IMG/VR virus record: IMGVR_UViG_3300045006_000100
Coordinates: 1-41,234 of that record
Reading direction: 5' to 3' (one strand)
Length of the DNA stretch: 41,234 nucleotides
Source: a virus
Taxonomy: Duplodnaviria; Caudoviricetes
How positions within the stretch are numbered: position 1 is the first letter of the stretch; the number at the start of each line of letters is the position of its first letter. Below the pieces are notes generated by a model that saw nothing but the letters and a program-made list of their open reading frames with translations, was not told the origin of the DNA and did no database searches. Shown here piece after piece: positions 1 through 9,307 of the stretch. The position numbers were made by a program, and so were the translations under genes.

Positions 1-83
1 GGTACTGCAGGGCGTCGCTGTCTTGCATCATGCCGGTTTCCAGCCCCTGTTAAGCCAGGTGCTTGTTAATTGCCATCACCTGG

Positions 84-102
84 TTGTATCATTGTGATAC
101 AA
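84..102. promoter_or_regulatory. Operator copy 1 (TTGTATCA-TTG-TGATACAA) over the probable terS promoter and start
   Basis: Perfect 8-bp inverted arms. Candidate promoter TTGTTA(63-68)-N18-TATCAT(87-92). ATG at 102 has no SD, so the mRNA may be leaderless. Confidence 0.7.
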
Positions 103-809
103 TGCGCCTTAACAAAGCATCATGGGCCAAGGAATTCGCAGTCAGCCGCGCCGCCGTTACCCTGGCTGTCCAGTCGGGAAAGCTGGTCGCCGGCCCTGAT
201 GGCTGGCTGGATACCGACGACCAGGCCAACCGCGAATGGATCGAGCGCCGAGCCACCGTCAAGCCAGTGCAACCGGCCGTCGCCCCGGCGCCCAAGACAT
301 CAACCAAACCGAAAACGAAGAAGACCACGCCAAAGGCCGTGGCAACGCAACCTCGGACGCCAGCCGCCGCCAAACCACGCAAGGAACGCCGGCCGGCGGA
401 GCCGAAGTTACCGGAACCAGGCGCCGAGCTGCCTGATGATCCGCCGGACCTGCCCGACACGCCGGACACCGAGCTGACCGCCGAAGGCATCGGCGCGCTG
501 TCCATCCAGAAGATCAAGGCAGAAATCAAGTACAAGACCGAGGCGGCCGAGGCCTACCGCATAAAGCGCCTGGAGCGCCTGGGCTTGCTGATCGAGCGGG
601 AGCACGTGCGCAAAACCATTGGCCGCTACAACGCCGAACAGAGGATCCGGCTCCTGGAGATGCCGGGAACCATCACGCCTCGCCTGGTTGCTATGGCGCG
701 GTCCGGCGCGGCAGAGCATGAGGTCGCCGGCGTCCTGGAAGACGAAATCGCCAAGGCCATCGACTACGCCCTGGCGGTGTTCGATCGGGCCGGGCTGGGT
801 GCACCATGA
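102..809 (+). CDS. terS: Terminase small subunit (Nu1-like)
   Basis: N-terminal HTH-like segment (WAKEFAVSRAAVT), Pro/Lys-rich linker and helical C-terminus. Overlaps the terL start (ATGA). Start placed at ATG 102 rather than TTG 63. Confidence 0.8.
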   Translation: MRLNKASWAKEFAVSRAAVTLAVQSGKLVAGPDGWLDTDDQANREWIERRATVKPVQPAVAPAPKTSTKPKTKKTTPKAVATQPRTPAAAKPRKERRPAEPKLPEPGAELPDDPPDLPDTPDTELTAEGIGALSIQKIKAEIKYKTEAAEAYRIKRLERLGLLIEREHVRKTIGRYNAEQRIRLLEMPGTITPRLVAMARSGAAEHEVAGVLEDEIAKAIDYALAVFDRAGLGAP

Positions 810-2740
810 GCCGGAGCATCACCGTCCACAAGACGGCGAACGTTGGGAAGTCCACGGTCATCACCGTTGTGACCGATGACGACCGGGCCCACCTGGCCAA
901 CTGGTTGGGCGACCCGCGCGAGCTGATCGAGACGCGCATTACCCGCCTGCGGCCGTCGCAATGGGCAGAATCCAAGCGCATCATGCCGACCGGCCTGACA
1001 TCGTTGCCGGGGCCGTTTCGCTGGGAGACGACACCATATCTGCGCGAGATCATCGACCTGTTCGCGCCAACCAGCACGGTGCAGCGGGTCGCCATCATGA
1101 AGGGCGCGCAGCTGGGCTTTTCTGTTGGCGTCCTGGAAAACCTGATTGGCTGGATCATCGATGCCGAGCCGGGGCCAACCCTGTTTGTCACCGCCGACAA
1201 GGAGCTGGCCGAGTCGGTCATCGAGACCCGGGTGGACCGGATGATCGAGACTGCCGGCATTGCCCACAAGATTTTTAGCCAGGTGGAGAAGGCCCACGGC
1301 CGCAAGACCGGCGACACCAAGAGCAAGAAGGAATTCCCGGGCGGGTTCCTGCTGCCGGTGGGACCGAACGTGGCCAGCAAGTTGCGCAGCTACAGCATCA
1401 AGACCATCCTGTTCGACGAGGTCGACGGATTCCCGCTGGAGGTTGGCGCCGAGGGCGACCCGATCAAGCTGGCCGAGCGTCGGACGGACGCATTCAGCCG
1501 GAATCGGAAAATACTCTACATCAGCACGCCAACCATCGAAGACACCAGCCGCATCAAGCCGCTGTACGAGTCTGGCGACCAGTCGCGGTATTTCGTCCCG
1601 TGCCCGCACTGCGGTGGTATGCAAGCGCTTCGCTGGGAGCGGATGCGCTGGGCCACCGATGACAACGGCCGGATGGTATGGGGTTCGGTCCGATACGAGT
1701 GCGAGGCCGATGGATGCGGCCGGGCGTTCACTAACGACGACAAGGCAACGTTCTTGCCGCGGGGGCAGTGGCGGCCTACCACGCAAGCGGCCGAGCCTGG
1801 CTTGCGGTCGTTCCACCTGTCCAGCTTGTATTCTCCCATCGGGTTCCGACCGTGGGAGTCCATCGTCCAGGAATGGCTGCAGGTCAAGGACGACCCAGCC
1901 CGCCTGCGGGTGTTCGTCAACACAGTCCTGGGCGAGACTTGGCAGGAGCGCGGGGAGGCACCGCGCTGGGAGCGCATCATGCTCCGCCGGGAGGACTACC
2001 TGACCGGCACGCTGCCGAAATACGCCGAGCCGCTGATACTGACGCTGGGCGCCGACGTGCAGGCCGACCGTATCGAGGCGGAGGTGGTGGCCTGGGGCCG
2101 CGACAAGGAAAGCTGGTCGGTCAGCTACCACCTGTTGGAAGGCGACACCAGCGACCTGCAGGGGCGCGCCTGGCGCGGCCTGCATGACCTACTGACCGGT
2201 GACCACGCCGGCCTGCCCATCACCATGGCGCTGGTGGACGCCGGCTTCCGGACGTCGACGGTCTACGCATTCGCTGAACAGTTCACCGGTGGCGTCATGC
2301 CTTGCATGGGCGACAGCACCAGCGCTTGGGGCCGGCGCACCTTTGCCATCAGGGACGTCCCTGGCTTCGCCTGCCGGCGTGTGGACATCCAGACTGGGCT
2401 CCTGAAGTCGGAACTGTACGGATACCTGCAGCGCGGGGCGCCGTCCGACGGCGAGTCGTTCCCGGCCGGATATTGCCACTTCCCGACGGAGTATGGCGAG
2501 AAGCATTTCATGCAGCTGACCGCCGAGGAGCGGGTCAAAGAGAAGACCAGGAACGGCGGGGCCCGCTACGTCTGGAAGCAAATCCGCAACCGGAATGAGC
2601 AGCTTGACGCCCGGGTCTACGCCATGGCGGCGCTGTACGTCTTGGCCTCCATGGTCCGAGAGGAAATCGACCCGGAGAATCCGATTAACTGGGGAGACTT
2701 CTGGAACCTGGTTAGCGGCCGGGGAGTGGTGACGGCGTAA
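806..2740 (+). CDS. terL: Terminase large subunit, lambda GpA family
   Basis: TPYLREI, Walker A-like MKGAQLGFS, Walker B ILFDEVD, ISTPT, CPHC zinc motif, FVNTVLGETW, GADVQ and RNEQLD nuclease motifs. Confidence 0.96.
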   Translation: MSRSITVHKTANVGKSTVITVVTDDDRAHLANWLGDPRELIETRITRLRPSQWAESKRIMPTGLTSLPGPFRWETTPYLREIIDLFAPTSTVQRVAIMKGAQLGFSVGVLENLIGWIIDAEPGPTLFVTADKELAESVIETRVDRMIETAGIAHKIFSQVEKAHGRKTGDTKSKKEFPGGFLLPVGPNVASKLRSYSIKTILFDEVDGFPLEVGAEGDPIKLAERRTDAFSRNRKILYISTPTIEDTSRIKPLYESGDQSRYFVPCPHCGGMQALRWERMRWATDDNGRMVWGSVRYECEADGCGRAFTNDDKATFLPRGQWRPTTQAAEPGLRSFHLSSLYSPIGFRPWESIVQEWLQVKDDPARLRVFVNTVLGETWQERGEAPRWERIMLRREDYLTGTLPKYAEPLILTLGADVQADRIEAEVVAWGRDKESWSVSYHLLEGDTSDLQGRAWRGLHDLLTGDHAGLPITMALVDAGFRTSTVYAFAEQFTGGVMPCMGDSTSAWGRRTFAIRDVPGFACRRVDIQTGLLKSELYGYLQRGAPSDGESFPAGYCHFPTEYGEKHFMQLTAEERVKEKTRNGGARYVWKQIRNRNEQLDARVYAMAALYVLASMVREEIDPENPINWGDFWNLVSGRGVVTA

Positions 2741-2741
2741 C

Positions 2742-2770
2742 TTGCGCGCATTATATCACTGTGATACAAT
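2742..2770 (+). promoter_or_regulatory. Sigma70-type promoter with operator copy 2 (TATCACTGTGATA, 2754-2766)
   Basis: TTGCGC-N17-TACAAT with TG extension, in the gap between terL and gpW. Confidence 0.8.
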
Positions 2771-2788
2771 TGGTCGTGAGGGGACCAC

Positions 2789-3025
2789 ATGCGCAACAGT
2801 GCCGAGATCAAAGTTGACCTTGACGCCGCATTGACCGCACGCCGCACGGCGTTGCAGGCGCAGTCCTACAGCCTGGACACTGGCCAGGGAAAGCAACAGG
2901 TCCAGCGCGCCGACCTGGGCGCCATCAACAAGACCATCCGCGAACTGCAGACCGAGTACGATGAGGCCGTAGCCTCCGAGTCGGGCGACACCGGTATCAC
3001 AGCCGGGTCGTTCCAGAGGTATTGA
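2789..3025 (+). CDS. gpW-like head-tail adaptor
   Basis: 78 aa between TerL and portal. QSYSL...RADL...IRELQ pattern. SD GAGGGG. Confidence 0.8.
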   Translation: MRNSAEIKVDLDAALTARRTALQAQSYSLDTGQGKQQVQRADLGAINKTIRELQTEYDEAVASESGDTGITAGSFQRY

Positions 3026-3028
3026 CGC

Positions 3029-4672
3029 ATGGGGCTGATCGACCGCGTCCGCCTGGCCGCCGCCGCCATCGCTGGCAATGTCAGCGCGTCATGGAACTGG
3101 CGCGGGGGAACCAAGTCCGGCCACATGTTCGACGGCAGCAAGTTCAAAGGCTCCGCCGTCTACCCATCCAACTACGGCAAGGACGTTGCCACCCTGCGCG
3201 AGCGTAGCCGGGTCGCCTATTGGGATAGCACGCAGGCGCAGGCCATGATCGGCCGCCTGGTCGACAACGTCGTTGGTACCGGTCTGGCGCTGGAATGCCG
3301 GCCAATATGGCCACTGACAGGCGACCAGGGAAAGACCGATGAGGAGCGTCACGCGTGGGTCATCGACGTAGAGCAGCGCTTCAACCTATGGGCCTCGTCC
3401 CATGAGCCGGACGCCGCCGGCCGCATGACACTGTACGAGCTGCAGGCGTTTGAACTGCTGAACCGCCTGCGCGACGGCGAGACGTTCCACATCCTGCGTT
3501 ACTCCGGCGACGCCCGGCGCATGTCGCCACTGTCACTGCAGAAGATTCTGCCCGAGCAGGTCGTCACACCAGCCGACCGCCTGGCAGACGAGTACACCAA
3601 GTACACCGGCGTCCGAGTATGGGAAGGCATCGAGATCGACGAGTACGGCGCCGAACTGGCCATCCACATCGCACCTGACCCGTTGAAAACCGACACGACC
3701 CGCATCCCGGTATTCGGCCCATCGGGCCGGCGGTTCGTGCTGCACCCTACCAACGATGACACCCTGGCGAGCACCCGTGGCACGCCGATGCTGGCCAACT
3801 GCATCCACGAGTTGCAGAAGATCACTGACGGCACCGTCGCCGAGTTGGAGGCCATGGTCCTGAACGCTATCCTGGCGGTATGGGTCAAGCCCGGCCCGGA
3901 TGCCCCTGCCTCCCGGGCGCTGGCGGGAGTCCAGCGCCGCGGCGTCGGAGACGCTACCGAGACCAAGGCTGCCACTGAGACCAGCCAGACCACCTTCGAC
4001 AAGCCAGGGCTGATCGTCCAGAGCTTGAAGGCCGGCGAGGAGCTGGTCAGCTATGACACCAAGCGCCCGAACATCAATGCCGCCACCTTCGTTGACCATA
4101 TCGTCAAGCATATCGCCGCGAGCAAGGGCGTACCAATCGAGGTTGTCACCGAGTCGTTCAATGCCAACTACTCGGCCAGCCGGGCCAGCTTGCTCCTGTT
4201 TTGGAAGAAGGTCGAGATCGAGCGGGCCCGGTCTGCGTCGCAGTTCAATGGCCTAATCTTCGAGGCTTGGTTCACCGAGGAAGTCCGCTCCGGCCGCATC
4301 CAGGCCCCTGGTTTCGATGCGTCGCCGGTCATCCGACGTGCCTGGCTGAACTGCGCCTGGAACGGAGACAAGCAGCCGAGTATCGACCCCCTGAAAGAAG
4401 CGCAGGCCGACGACGTCCGCATCGCGCAGGGTGCAACCACCCGCGAGCGCGTGGCCATGGAATACAACGGCAGCGACGCCATGGAGAATATCCAGCGCCT
4501 GGCCACCGAGAACGTCGAGTTGGCCGAGGCGAACGCCCCGCTTGCCAAGACGGCACCTACCGCACCCGCAGCGCCAGACACCCTGGCGGTTGACCAGAAC
4601 GCAGACGACCAATCAGACGGCACCGAAGCCGACAACACCGACGACAACCAAGGGGAAACCGATGGCGCTTGA
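3029..4672 (+). CDS. Portal protein, lambda family
   Basis: LRERSR, DNVVGTGL, RDGE, NYSASRASLL and IDPLKEAQA motifs; position after gpW. Confidence 0.95.
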   Translation: MGLIDRVRLAAAAIAGNVSASWNWRGGTKSGHMFDGSKFKGSAVYPSNYGKDVATLRERSRVAYWDSTQAQAMIGRLVDNVVGTGLALECRPIWPLTGDQGKTDEERHAWVIDVEQRFNLWASSHEPDAAGRMTLYELQAFELLNRLRDGETFHILRYSGDARRMSPLSLQKILPEQVVTPADRLADEYTKYTGVRVWEGIEIDEYGAELAIHIAPDPLKTDTTRIPVFGPSGRRFVLHPTNDDTLASTRGTPMLANCIHELQKITDGTVAELEAMVLNAILAVWVKPGPDAPASRALAGVQRRGVGDATETKAATETSQTTFDKPGLIVQSLKAGEELVSYDTKRPNINAATFVDHIVKHIAASKGVPIEVVTESFNANYSASRASLLLFWKKVEIERARSASQFNGLIFEAWFTEEVRSGRIQAPGFDASPVIRRAWLNCAWNGDKQPSIDPLKEAQADDVRIAQGATTRERVAMEYNGSDAMENIQRLATENVELAEANAPLAKTAPTAPAAPDTLAVDQNADDQSDGTEADNTDDNQGETDGA

Positions 4673-5069
4673 TGCTCAAGACGTTGAAACCATTCGCAGG
4701 ATTTTCGATGAGCGGGCAACGCGCACCGAAGAATCCGTGATTCGGATGGAAGAGAAGATCTTCGCCGAGATCGAGAAAGTCAGCGACAAGGTCGACTGCC
4801 TGGCCAACATCCAGCAGGACATGGCCGAGCGCGTTACCAGGCTGGAAGAATCCAACACCGTCCTGAAAGACAGCCGGAACAACCAGGGCGAGCGCATCGG
4901 CCGCGTCGAGGAATCCATTGTGGCCATCCGCACCAAGATCGAAACCATCGACAAGGTGAGAAGCGCCGGCGGCGAGTGGACGAAATGGGCTGTTGGCCTG
5001 ATCGTCGCCGCCGTGCTGGCGGTCATCGGGTTTTTTATCGGTCAAGGGACCGGAGGGGGCAAACCATGA
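4662..5069 (+). CDS. Coiled-coil protein with C-terminal TM helix (XhlA/holin-associated-like)
   Basis: SD GGGG before ATG 4662. Heptad-rich helix followed by WAVGLIVAAVLAVIGFFIG. Confidence 0.6.
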   Translation: MALDAQDVETIRRIFDERATRTEESVIRMEEKIFAEIEKVSDKVDCLANIQQDMAERVTRLEESNTVLKDSRNNQGERIGRVEESIVAIRTKIETIDKVRSAGGEWTKWAVGLIVAAVLAVIGFFIGQGTGGGKP

Positions 5070-5356
5070 GCGACACCACTACCACCGAAAAGCCGGTCGG
5101 CATGCTCCAGAGCACCGACGCCGACGGGCGCATCGTGAACAGCTCTAAGCGCTGGATGGGTACCGCCCTGATCATAGCCGGAGGCCTGCTGCTGGTCGCC
5201 ATCGGCGTCACAGCCATCTTCCGCGAGATCGCCGACCAGGCGGCCGCCCTGTCTGCCGGGCAGTCGTTGGTCATCACTGGCGCCGCGCTGTTGGGCGTCG
5301 GTGTCCTGGACGGTTTGGGCCAGTCCATCGGCAAGGCCATCGGGGGCGGGAAGTGA
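5066..5356 (+). CDS. Two-TM small membrane protein, putative holin
   Basis: 96 aa, SSKR followed by two hydrophobic helices; coupled to both neighbours. Confidence 0.55.
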   Translation: MSDTTTTEKPVGMLQSTDADGRIVNSSKRWMGTALIIAGGLLLVAIGVTAIFREIADQAAALSAGQSLVITGAALLGVGVLDGLGQSIGKAIGGGK

Positions 5357-6636
5357 GCCGCAAGTACGCCATCGAGCGCGGATTCCTGGACAAGCTCCGG
5401 GCCGGCCGCCGGGAACTGACCGCCTACGCCCGGAGCGTGAAGGTCGCCGAAGACCTCCGCGCCAGCCGCGACGAGCTGATGGCCAGCGTCCAGATTCACC
5501 GCACGCCGCTTGCTGGTGAGTCCATCACGTTGGACATCCGCGACGGCGTGGCTCACATCCCAGTCGTCGGCCAGTTGACGCCGTCGGCTGACCCGTGCGG
5601 CGCCTGGATGGGCCAGGCTGAAACCGAATACGGATTTATCCAGGCCCACTTAATCGCCGCCGAGGACGACAAGAGCGTCCGCGAAATCGCTCTGGATATC
5701 AACAGCCCGGGCGGCTACATCAGCGGCTTGGACGAGACCGCGCAGCTTCTGGGAGCCGTCAGCAAACCTACCACCGCCTATGTCAGCGGGTTGGCCGCCT
5801 CTGCCGCCTATTGGCTTGCCAGCCAGGCCGACCGGATTGTGGCGCTGTCGCCGGCCACCGAGGTTGGGAGCATCGGCGTGGCCATGGAGGAGTACGACGA
5901 CGACGCGGCCCTGGCTGCCGATGGCATCGCCCACCGGGTCTACACCAGCACCGACGCCCCTGACAAGCGGCCGGACACCAAGACCGAGGAAGGCCGGGCC
6001 AAGATCGTGGCAGAACTGGACGCGCTGCACAGCGTGTTCGTCCGCCGGGTAGCCGAGGGCCGCGGGGTGAGCCAAGAGACGGTCAACAAGGACTTTGGCC
6101 GCGGCGGTGTCCTGCTGGCCGAGAAGGCCATGGCCGTCGGCATGGTCGACGAAGTGCGCGGCTCGCACATCAACCGGCGCGATGCGCAGGACACCACCAA
6201 AACCAAAGAAAAAGCCGGCGTTGCCGGTTCGGCCGGCCAGACCGGCAAAACCAAACAGGGGAGGGAAACCATGACCCTGGAACAATTGAAGGCCGAACAC
6301 CCGGACGTCGCGCAGGCTCTGCGCGATGAGGGCATCCAGGCCGAACGCAAGCGCGTCAACCAGCTGGCAGCCTGGAAGGGCCAGAACGCCGACGCCGACA
6401 AGGTGGTCGAGGAAGCCGTCGCCGCCGGCAAGACCTACGACGACGTCGCCCCGCAGCTGGTCGCCGCCGTTGCCCGTGGCAACAGCAAGCAGGCCAATGG
6501 CGACAATGCGCCCGCCGTGACCACCGCCGCCGCCCAATCCGATGGCCTGGACGACATCGACCGCGAAGCCATGGCCATGTTCGGCACTGATCCCGCCGAA
6601 TACCGCAAGCACATGAAGGGGGCTAAGAATGGCTAA
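5353..6636 (+). CDS. S49 (SppA/lambda gpC-type) prohead protease fused to scaffold
   Basis: LDINSPGG, AASAAYWLAS and VGSIGV motifs; helical C-terminal scaffold region. Confidence 0.93.
   Translation: MSRKYAIERGFLDKLRAGRRELTAYARSVKVAEDLRASRDELMASVQIHRTPLAGESITLDIRDGVAHIPVVGQLTPSADPCGAWMGQAETEYGFIQAHLIAAEDDKSVREIALDINSPGGYISGLDETAQLLGAVSKPTTAYVSGLAASAAYWLASQADRIVALSPATEVGSIGVAMEEYDDDAALAADGIAHRVYTSTDAPDKRPDTKTEEGRAKIVAELDALHSVFVRRVAEGRGVSQETVNKDFGRGGVLLAEKAMAVGMVDEVRGSHINRRDAQDTTKTKEKAGVAGSAGQTGKTKQGRETMTLEQLKAEHPDVAQALRDEGIQAERKRVNQLAAWKGQNADADKVVEEAVAAGKTYDDVAPQLVAAVARGNSKQANGDNAPAVTTAAAQSDGLDDIDREAMAMFGTDPAEYRKHMKGAKNG
6271..6636 (+). CDS. Nested in-frame scaffold protein (Nu3-like internal start)
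   Basis: Strong internal SD GGGAGG followed by in-frame ATG 6271 (MTLEQLKAEHPD...), matching the lambda C/Nu3 arrangement. Confidence 0.7.
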   Translation: MTLEQLKAEHPDVAQALRDEGIQAERKRVNQLAAWKGQNADADKVVEEAVAAGKTYDDVAPQLVAAVARGNSKQANGDNAPAVTTAAAQSDGLDDIDREAMAMFGTDPAEYRKHMKGAKNG

Positions 6637-7072
6637 CCTCACCGCACCGCGCCAGCTGGAATTCGTTGGCGAACAAGAAGAAATCGCGCCCAAGCTAACC
6701 GCCAGTGTCACCTACTACAAGGGCGGCCTACTGGTCTACACCAGCGGTTACGGCGCCAAGCCCACCGACGCCGCTGCCCTTTATGGTGCTGGCATCCTGA
6801 CCGGCGAGTTTTCCGGAGTCGGGGCCGAAGGCCTCATCCGCGACGATGCCTATGCCATGGGCGCCACCGCCCTGCGCGGCAAGATCAAGCGCGGCAAGGT
6901 TTGGCTGCCTGTCTCCGGTGCCGTTCAGGCTGACGTCGGCGTTCTGCATTACATCGCGGACGACCAGACCATGACCAAGACCGCCGGCACCAAGACCATC
7001 GCCTACACGGCCTTGGACTTCAAAACTGGCTTCCTGTTGTTCGACCTGCGCCAGCCGATCAAGGCCGCCTGA
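6629..7072 (+). CDS. Head decoration/cement protein
   Basis: 147 aa between scaffold and capsid; MANLTAPR, YYKGGL and YIADDQT patterns seen before Mu-type capsid genes. Confidence 0.7.
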   Translation: MANLTAPRQLEFVGEQEEIAPKLTASVTYYKGGLLVYTSGYGAKPTDAAALYGAGILTGEFSGVGAEGLIRDDAYAMGATALRGKIKRGKVWLPVSGAVQADVGVLHYIADDQTMTKTAGTKTIAYTALDFKTGFLLFDLRQPIKAA

Positions 7073-7101
7073 TAGCGGCCGCATGAAGGAGTGACAAGAA
7101 A

Positions 7102-7998
7102 ATGGCACTGAATCCCGTTGTCATCGAACGCGGTATCCGCGTCGAATTCGCCCGGCAGATGGCCGCCTTCCTGGCTGCTCGCAATCTGAACCCGGGCCTG
7201 ATGGCGCTGGTGATGATGATCACCAGCACCGGAGCCTATGAGAAAATGAACTGGCTTGGCGCCGTTCCCGGTGTCCAGGAGTGGATCGGCGAGCTGAACG
7301 CCAGCGAGATGGCCGGCAACAGCTACACCATTCGCAACCGCGACTGGGCTGCCTCCGTCCCGATCAACCAGAACGACATCGATGACGACCAGACTGGCGT
7401 CATCCAGATGATCCCGCAATACCTGGTGCAGCGTATCATGGCCCACCCTGTTGAGTTGATCATTGACCTGATCACCAACGGTACCACCAACCCGGCCTAT
7501 GATGGCGTTGCCTATTTCAGCGACGTTACCGGCGCGCGGACCATTGATAACCTTGCCGCTGGCACCGGAACTACCCTTGCCCAGATCGAAGCCGACCTGA
7601 ACACCAACTTGGCGACCATGGCCAGCTTCAAGGATGACAAGGGCAAGGTGCTGAACATCCAGGGCAATCTGATTGTCTGCCCCATGGCCATCGTCAACAA
7701 GATGAAGCGCTTGGTCGGCAGCGACACAGACCCCACCGCGGCTGTCGCCGGCACCCTTAACCCGTACGCCGGCCGCTTCACCGTCATCGGCGACGCTCGC
7801 CTGGATGCCGTGGATGCCAACGACTGGTATCTCTTCGCTACCGGCGAGATCATCAAGCCGTTTGTGTTCTCTATGCGCCAGGAAGCCCAGCCGCAAATGG
7901 AAAAGATCACCGCCACCAAGTCGTGGTTGGCGTCGGCCAACTACCGGGGCAACGCCGGTTACGGTCTGCCGCACTTGGGCATCAAGATCGTCAACTGA
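7102..7998 (+). CDS. Major capsid protein, Mu gpT-like
   Basis: WLGAVPGVQEWIGE, YTIRNRDW, NDIDDDQTG, YDGVAYF, WYL and RGNAGYG motifs; strong SD AAGGAG. Confidence 0.93.
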   Translation: MALNPVVIERGIRVEFARQMAAFLAARNLNPGLMALVMMITSTGAYEKMNWLGAVPGVQEWIGELNASEMAGNSYTIRNRDWAASVPINQNDIDDDQTGVIQMIPQYLVQRIMAHPVELIIDLITNGTTNPAYDGVAYFSDVTGARTIDNLAAGTGTTLAQIEADLNTNLATMASFKDDKGKVLNIQGNLIVCPMAIVNKMKRLVGSDTDPTAAVAGTLNPYAGRFTVIGDARLDAVDANDWYLFATGEIIKPFVFSMRQEAQPQMEKITATKSWLASANYRGNAGYGLPHLGIKIVN

Positions 7999-8005
7999 TG
8001 ACGTC

Positions 8006-8029
8006 GCCAGGGCCGGAGACGGCCCTGGC
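8006..8029 (+). terminator. GC-rich hairpin after the capsid gene (stabiliser or weak terminator)
   Basis: GCCAGGGCCG-GAGA-CGGCCCTGGC: 10-bp stem with GNRA loop; no U tract. Confidence 0.55.
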
Positions 8030-8049
8030 ATCCTGTGGAGGATGACAGC

Positions 8050-8190
8050 ATGAGCGTGAAAGTTGAATTCGAGAACGGCTATATCGGCACCGTGTCCGAG
8101 AAGGTTGCCGAGAAGCTGGAAGCCAAAGGCGCCGCCAAGGTCATTGACGTGGCCGACAAAGCCAAGCCCAAAGGCGAGGTCAAGAAATGA
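8050..8190 (+). CDS. Small hypothetical virion-region protein (46 aa, not in the ORF track)
   Basis: SD GGAGGA; MSVKVEFENGYIGTVSEKVAEKLEAKG...; stop overlaps the next ATG. Confidence 0.7.
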   Translation: MSVKVEFENGYIGTVSEKVAEKLEAKGAAKVIDVADKAKPKGEVKK

Positions 8191-8369
8191 CCTACGCCGT
8201 CAACCAAGGCGTCCGCATCCAGCATAACGGCCTGGTGTTCGTCGCCGGCGACAAGATCGATGACGGCCAGTTGCCAGCCGAACATGTTTCCGAACTGCTT
8301 GAGGCCGGCCACATCGTCAAGGATGAGCCGGAAGCCGCCAAGCGCAAGCGCGGAGGCGCCGAGGAATGA
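8187..8369 (+). CDS. Small head/neck-region protein
   Basis: 60 aa, ATGA-coupled at both ends. Confidence 0.7.
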   Translation: MTYAVNQGVRIQHNGLVFVAGDKIDDGQLPAEHVSELLEAGHIVKDEPEAAKRKRGGAEE

Positions 8370-8710
8370 GCCTGCGCGAGCTGGCCGAAGCCGACAACCT
8401 GCTGATGGTCGAGGACGACATCATGGGTTTTGCCGTCGGCATCAAGCTGACCAGCCCGGAAGGCACGGTCTACCTGGTCAAAGGCCTGGTCAACCGCAAA
8501 GGCGTCGACATCGACCCGGAGACCGGCTTGCTGGTTCCCGGGAGCTGCACCGGCATCACCGTCCGGCTGTCGAGCCTGGGCGGCGCGTTGCCTGATGATG
8601 GCTGGATCGTCGAGACCACCGACATTGCCGGAGACACAGTCAAGGGCAAGGCCATGGCTGTCATGCTGGACCGCACCGCGGGCCGCGCGACGATGGTACT
8701 GAGGAAGTAG
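8366..8710 (+). CDS. Head-tail joining (head closure) protein
   Basis: 114 aa, beta-rich, IDPETG motif; neck position. Confidence 0.7.
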   Translation: MSLRELAEADNLLMVEDDIMGFAVGIKLTSPEGTVYLVKGLVNRKGVDIDPETGLLVPGSCTGITVRLSSLGGALPDDGWIVETTDIAGDTVKGKAMAVMLDRTAGRATMVLRK

Positions 8711-8713
8711 AGC

Positions 8714-9301
8714 ATGGCCGAACTGCTGGGGCGAAGCGCCGACGACATCATCATCGACAACATGGTCACAGCCTTGCAGGCGTTCGCCGCTGAGCAGGCC
8801 GGGCTGGATCCCAACGTGGCGTTCCGCGTGGAGCGCGACCGGGTACGGCCGCCGTCCATGCGCGACATGCCGCTGGTGAATATCTGGCTGGAGTCCCTGG
8901 ACCCGCAGTCCCAAGGGAGCAGCGCGCGCACCGTTGAGCAGGAGCTGGCCCGCATCAACGTCGACTGCTACGCCAAAGGGGCCGACGGCGACGGCGATGA
9001 CCTGGATGACCAGACCGCCATGGCACGCTTGGCCTACCTGAAAGAACAGGTCAAGGCCGGGTTGTACCGCCTGGTGAACGTTGACTTCGGCCTGCCGGCC
9101 GGGGCCATCGGCCGTAAGCGATGGCCGTCCTGGAAGCTGTTCCAGAACGACTTGAAGCTGCCGGAATCTGAGGTCGTGGCTGGCCGCTGGTCGGTGGAAA
9201 TCGACTACCAGTGGAAGCCCGAGGCCATCACGGGAACCATCCTGGCCGAAATCAAGGTCGACGCCGGGCTGTGGTCCGCCGCATACAACTACGAGGAGTA
9301 A
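8714..9301 (+). CDS. Tail completion/terminator protein
   Basis: 195 aa immediately upstream of the sheath gene. Confidence 0.65.
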   Translation: MAELLGRSADDIIIDNMVTALQAFAAEQAGLDPNVAFRVERDRVRPPSMRDMPLVNIWLESLDPQSQGSSARTVEQELARINVDCYAKGADGDGDDLDDQTAMARLAYLKEQVKAGLYRLVNVDFGLPAGAIGRKRWPSWKLFQNDLKLPESEVVAGRWSVEIDYQWKPEAITGTILAEIKVDAGLWSAAYNYEE

Positions 9302-9307
9302 AAGGAA

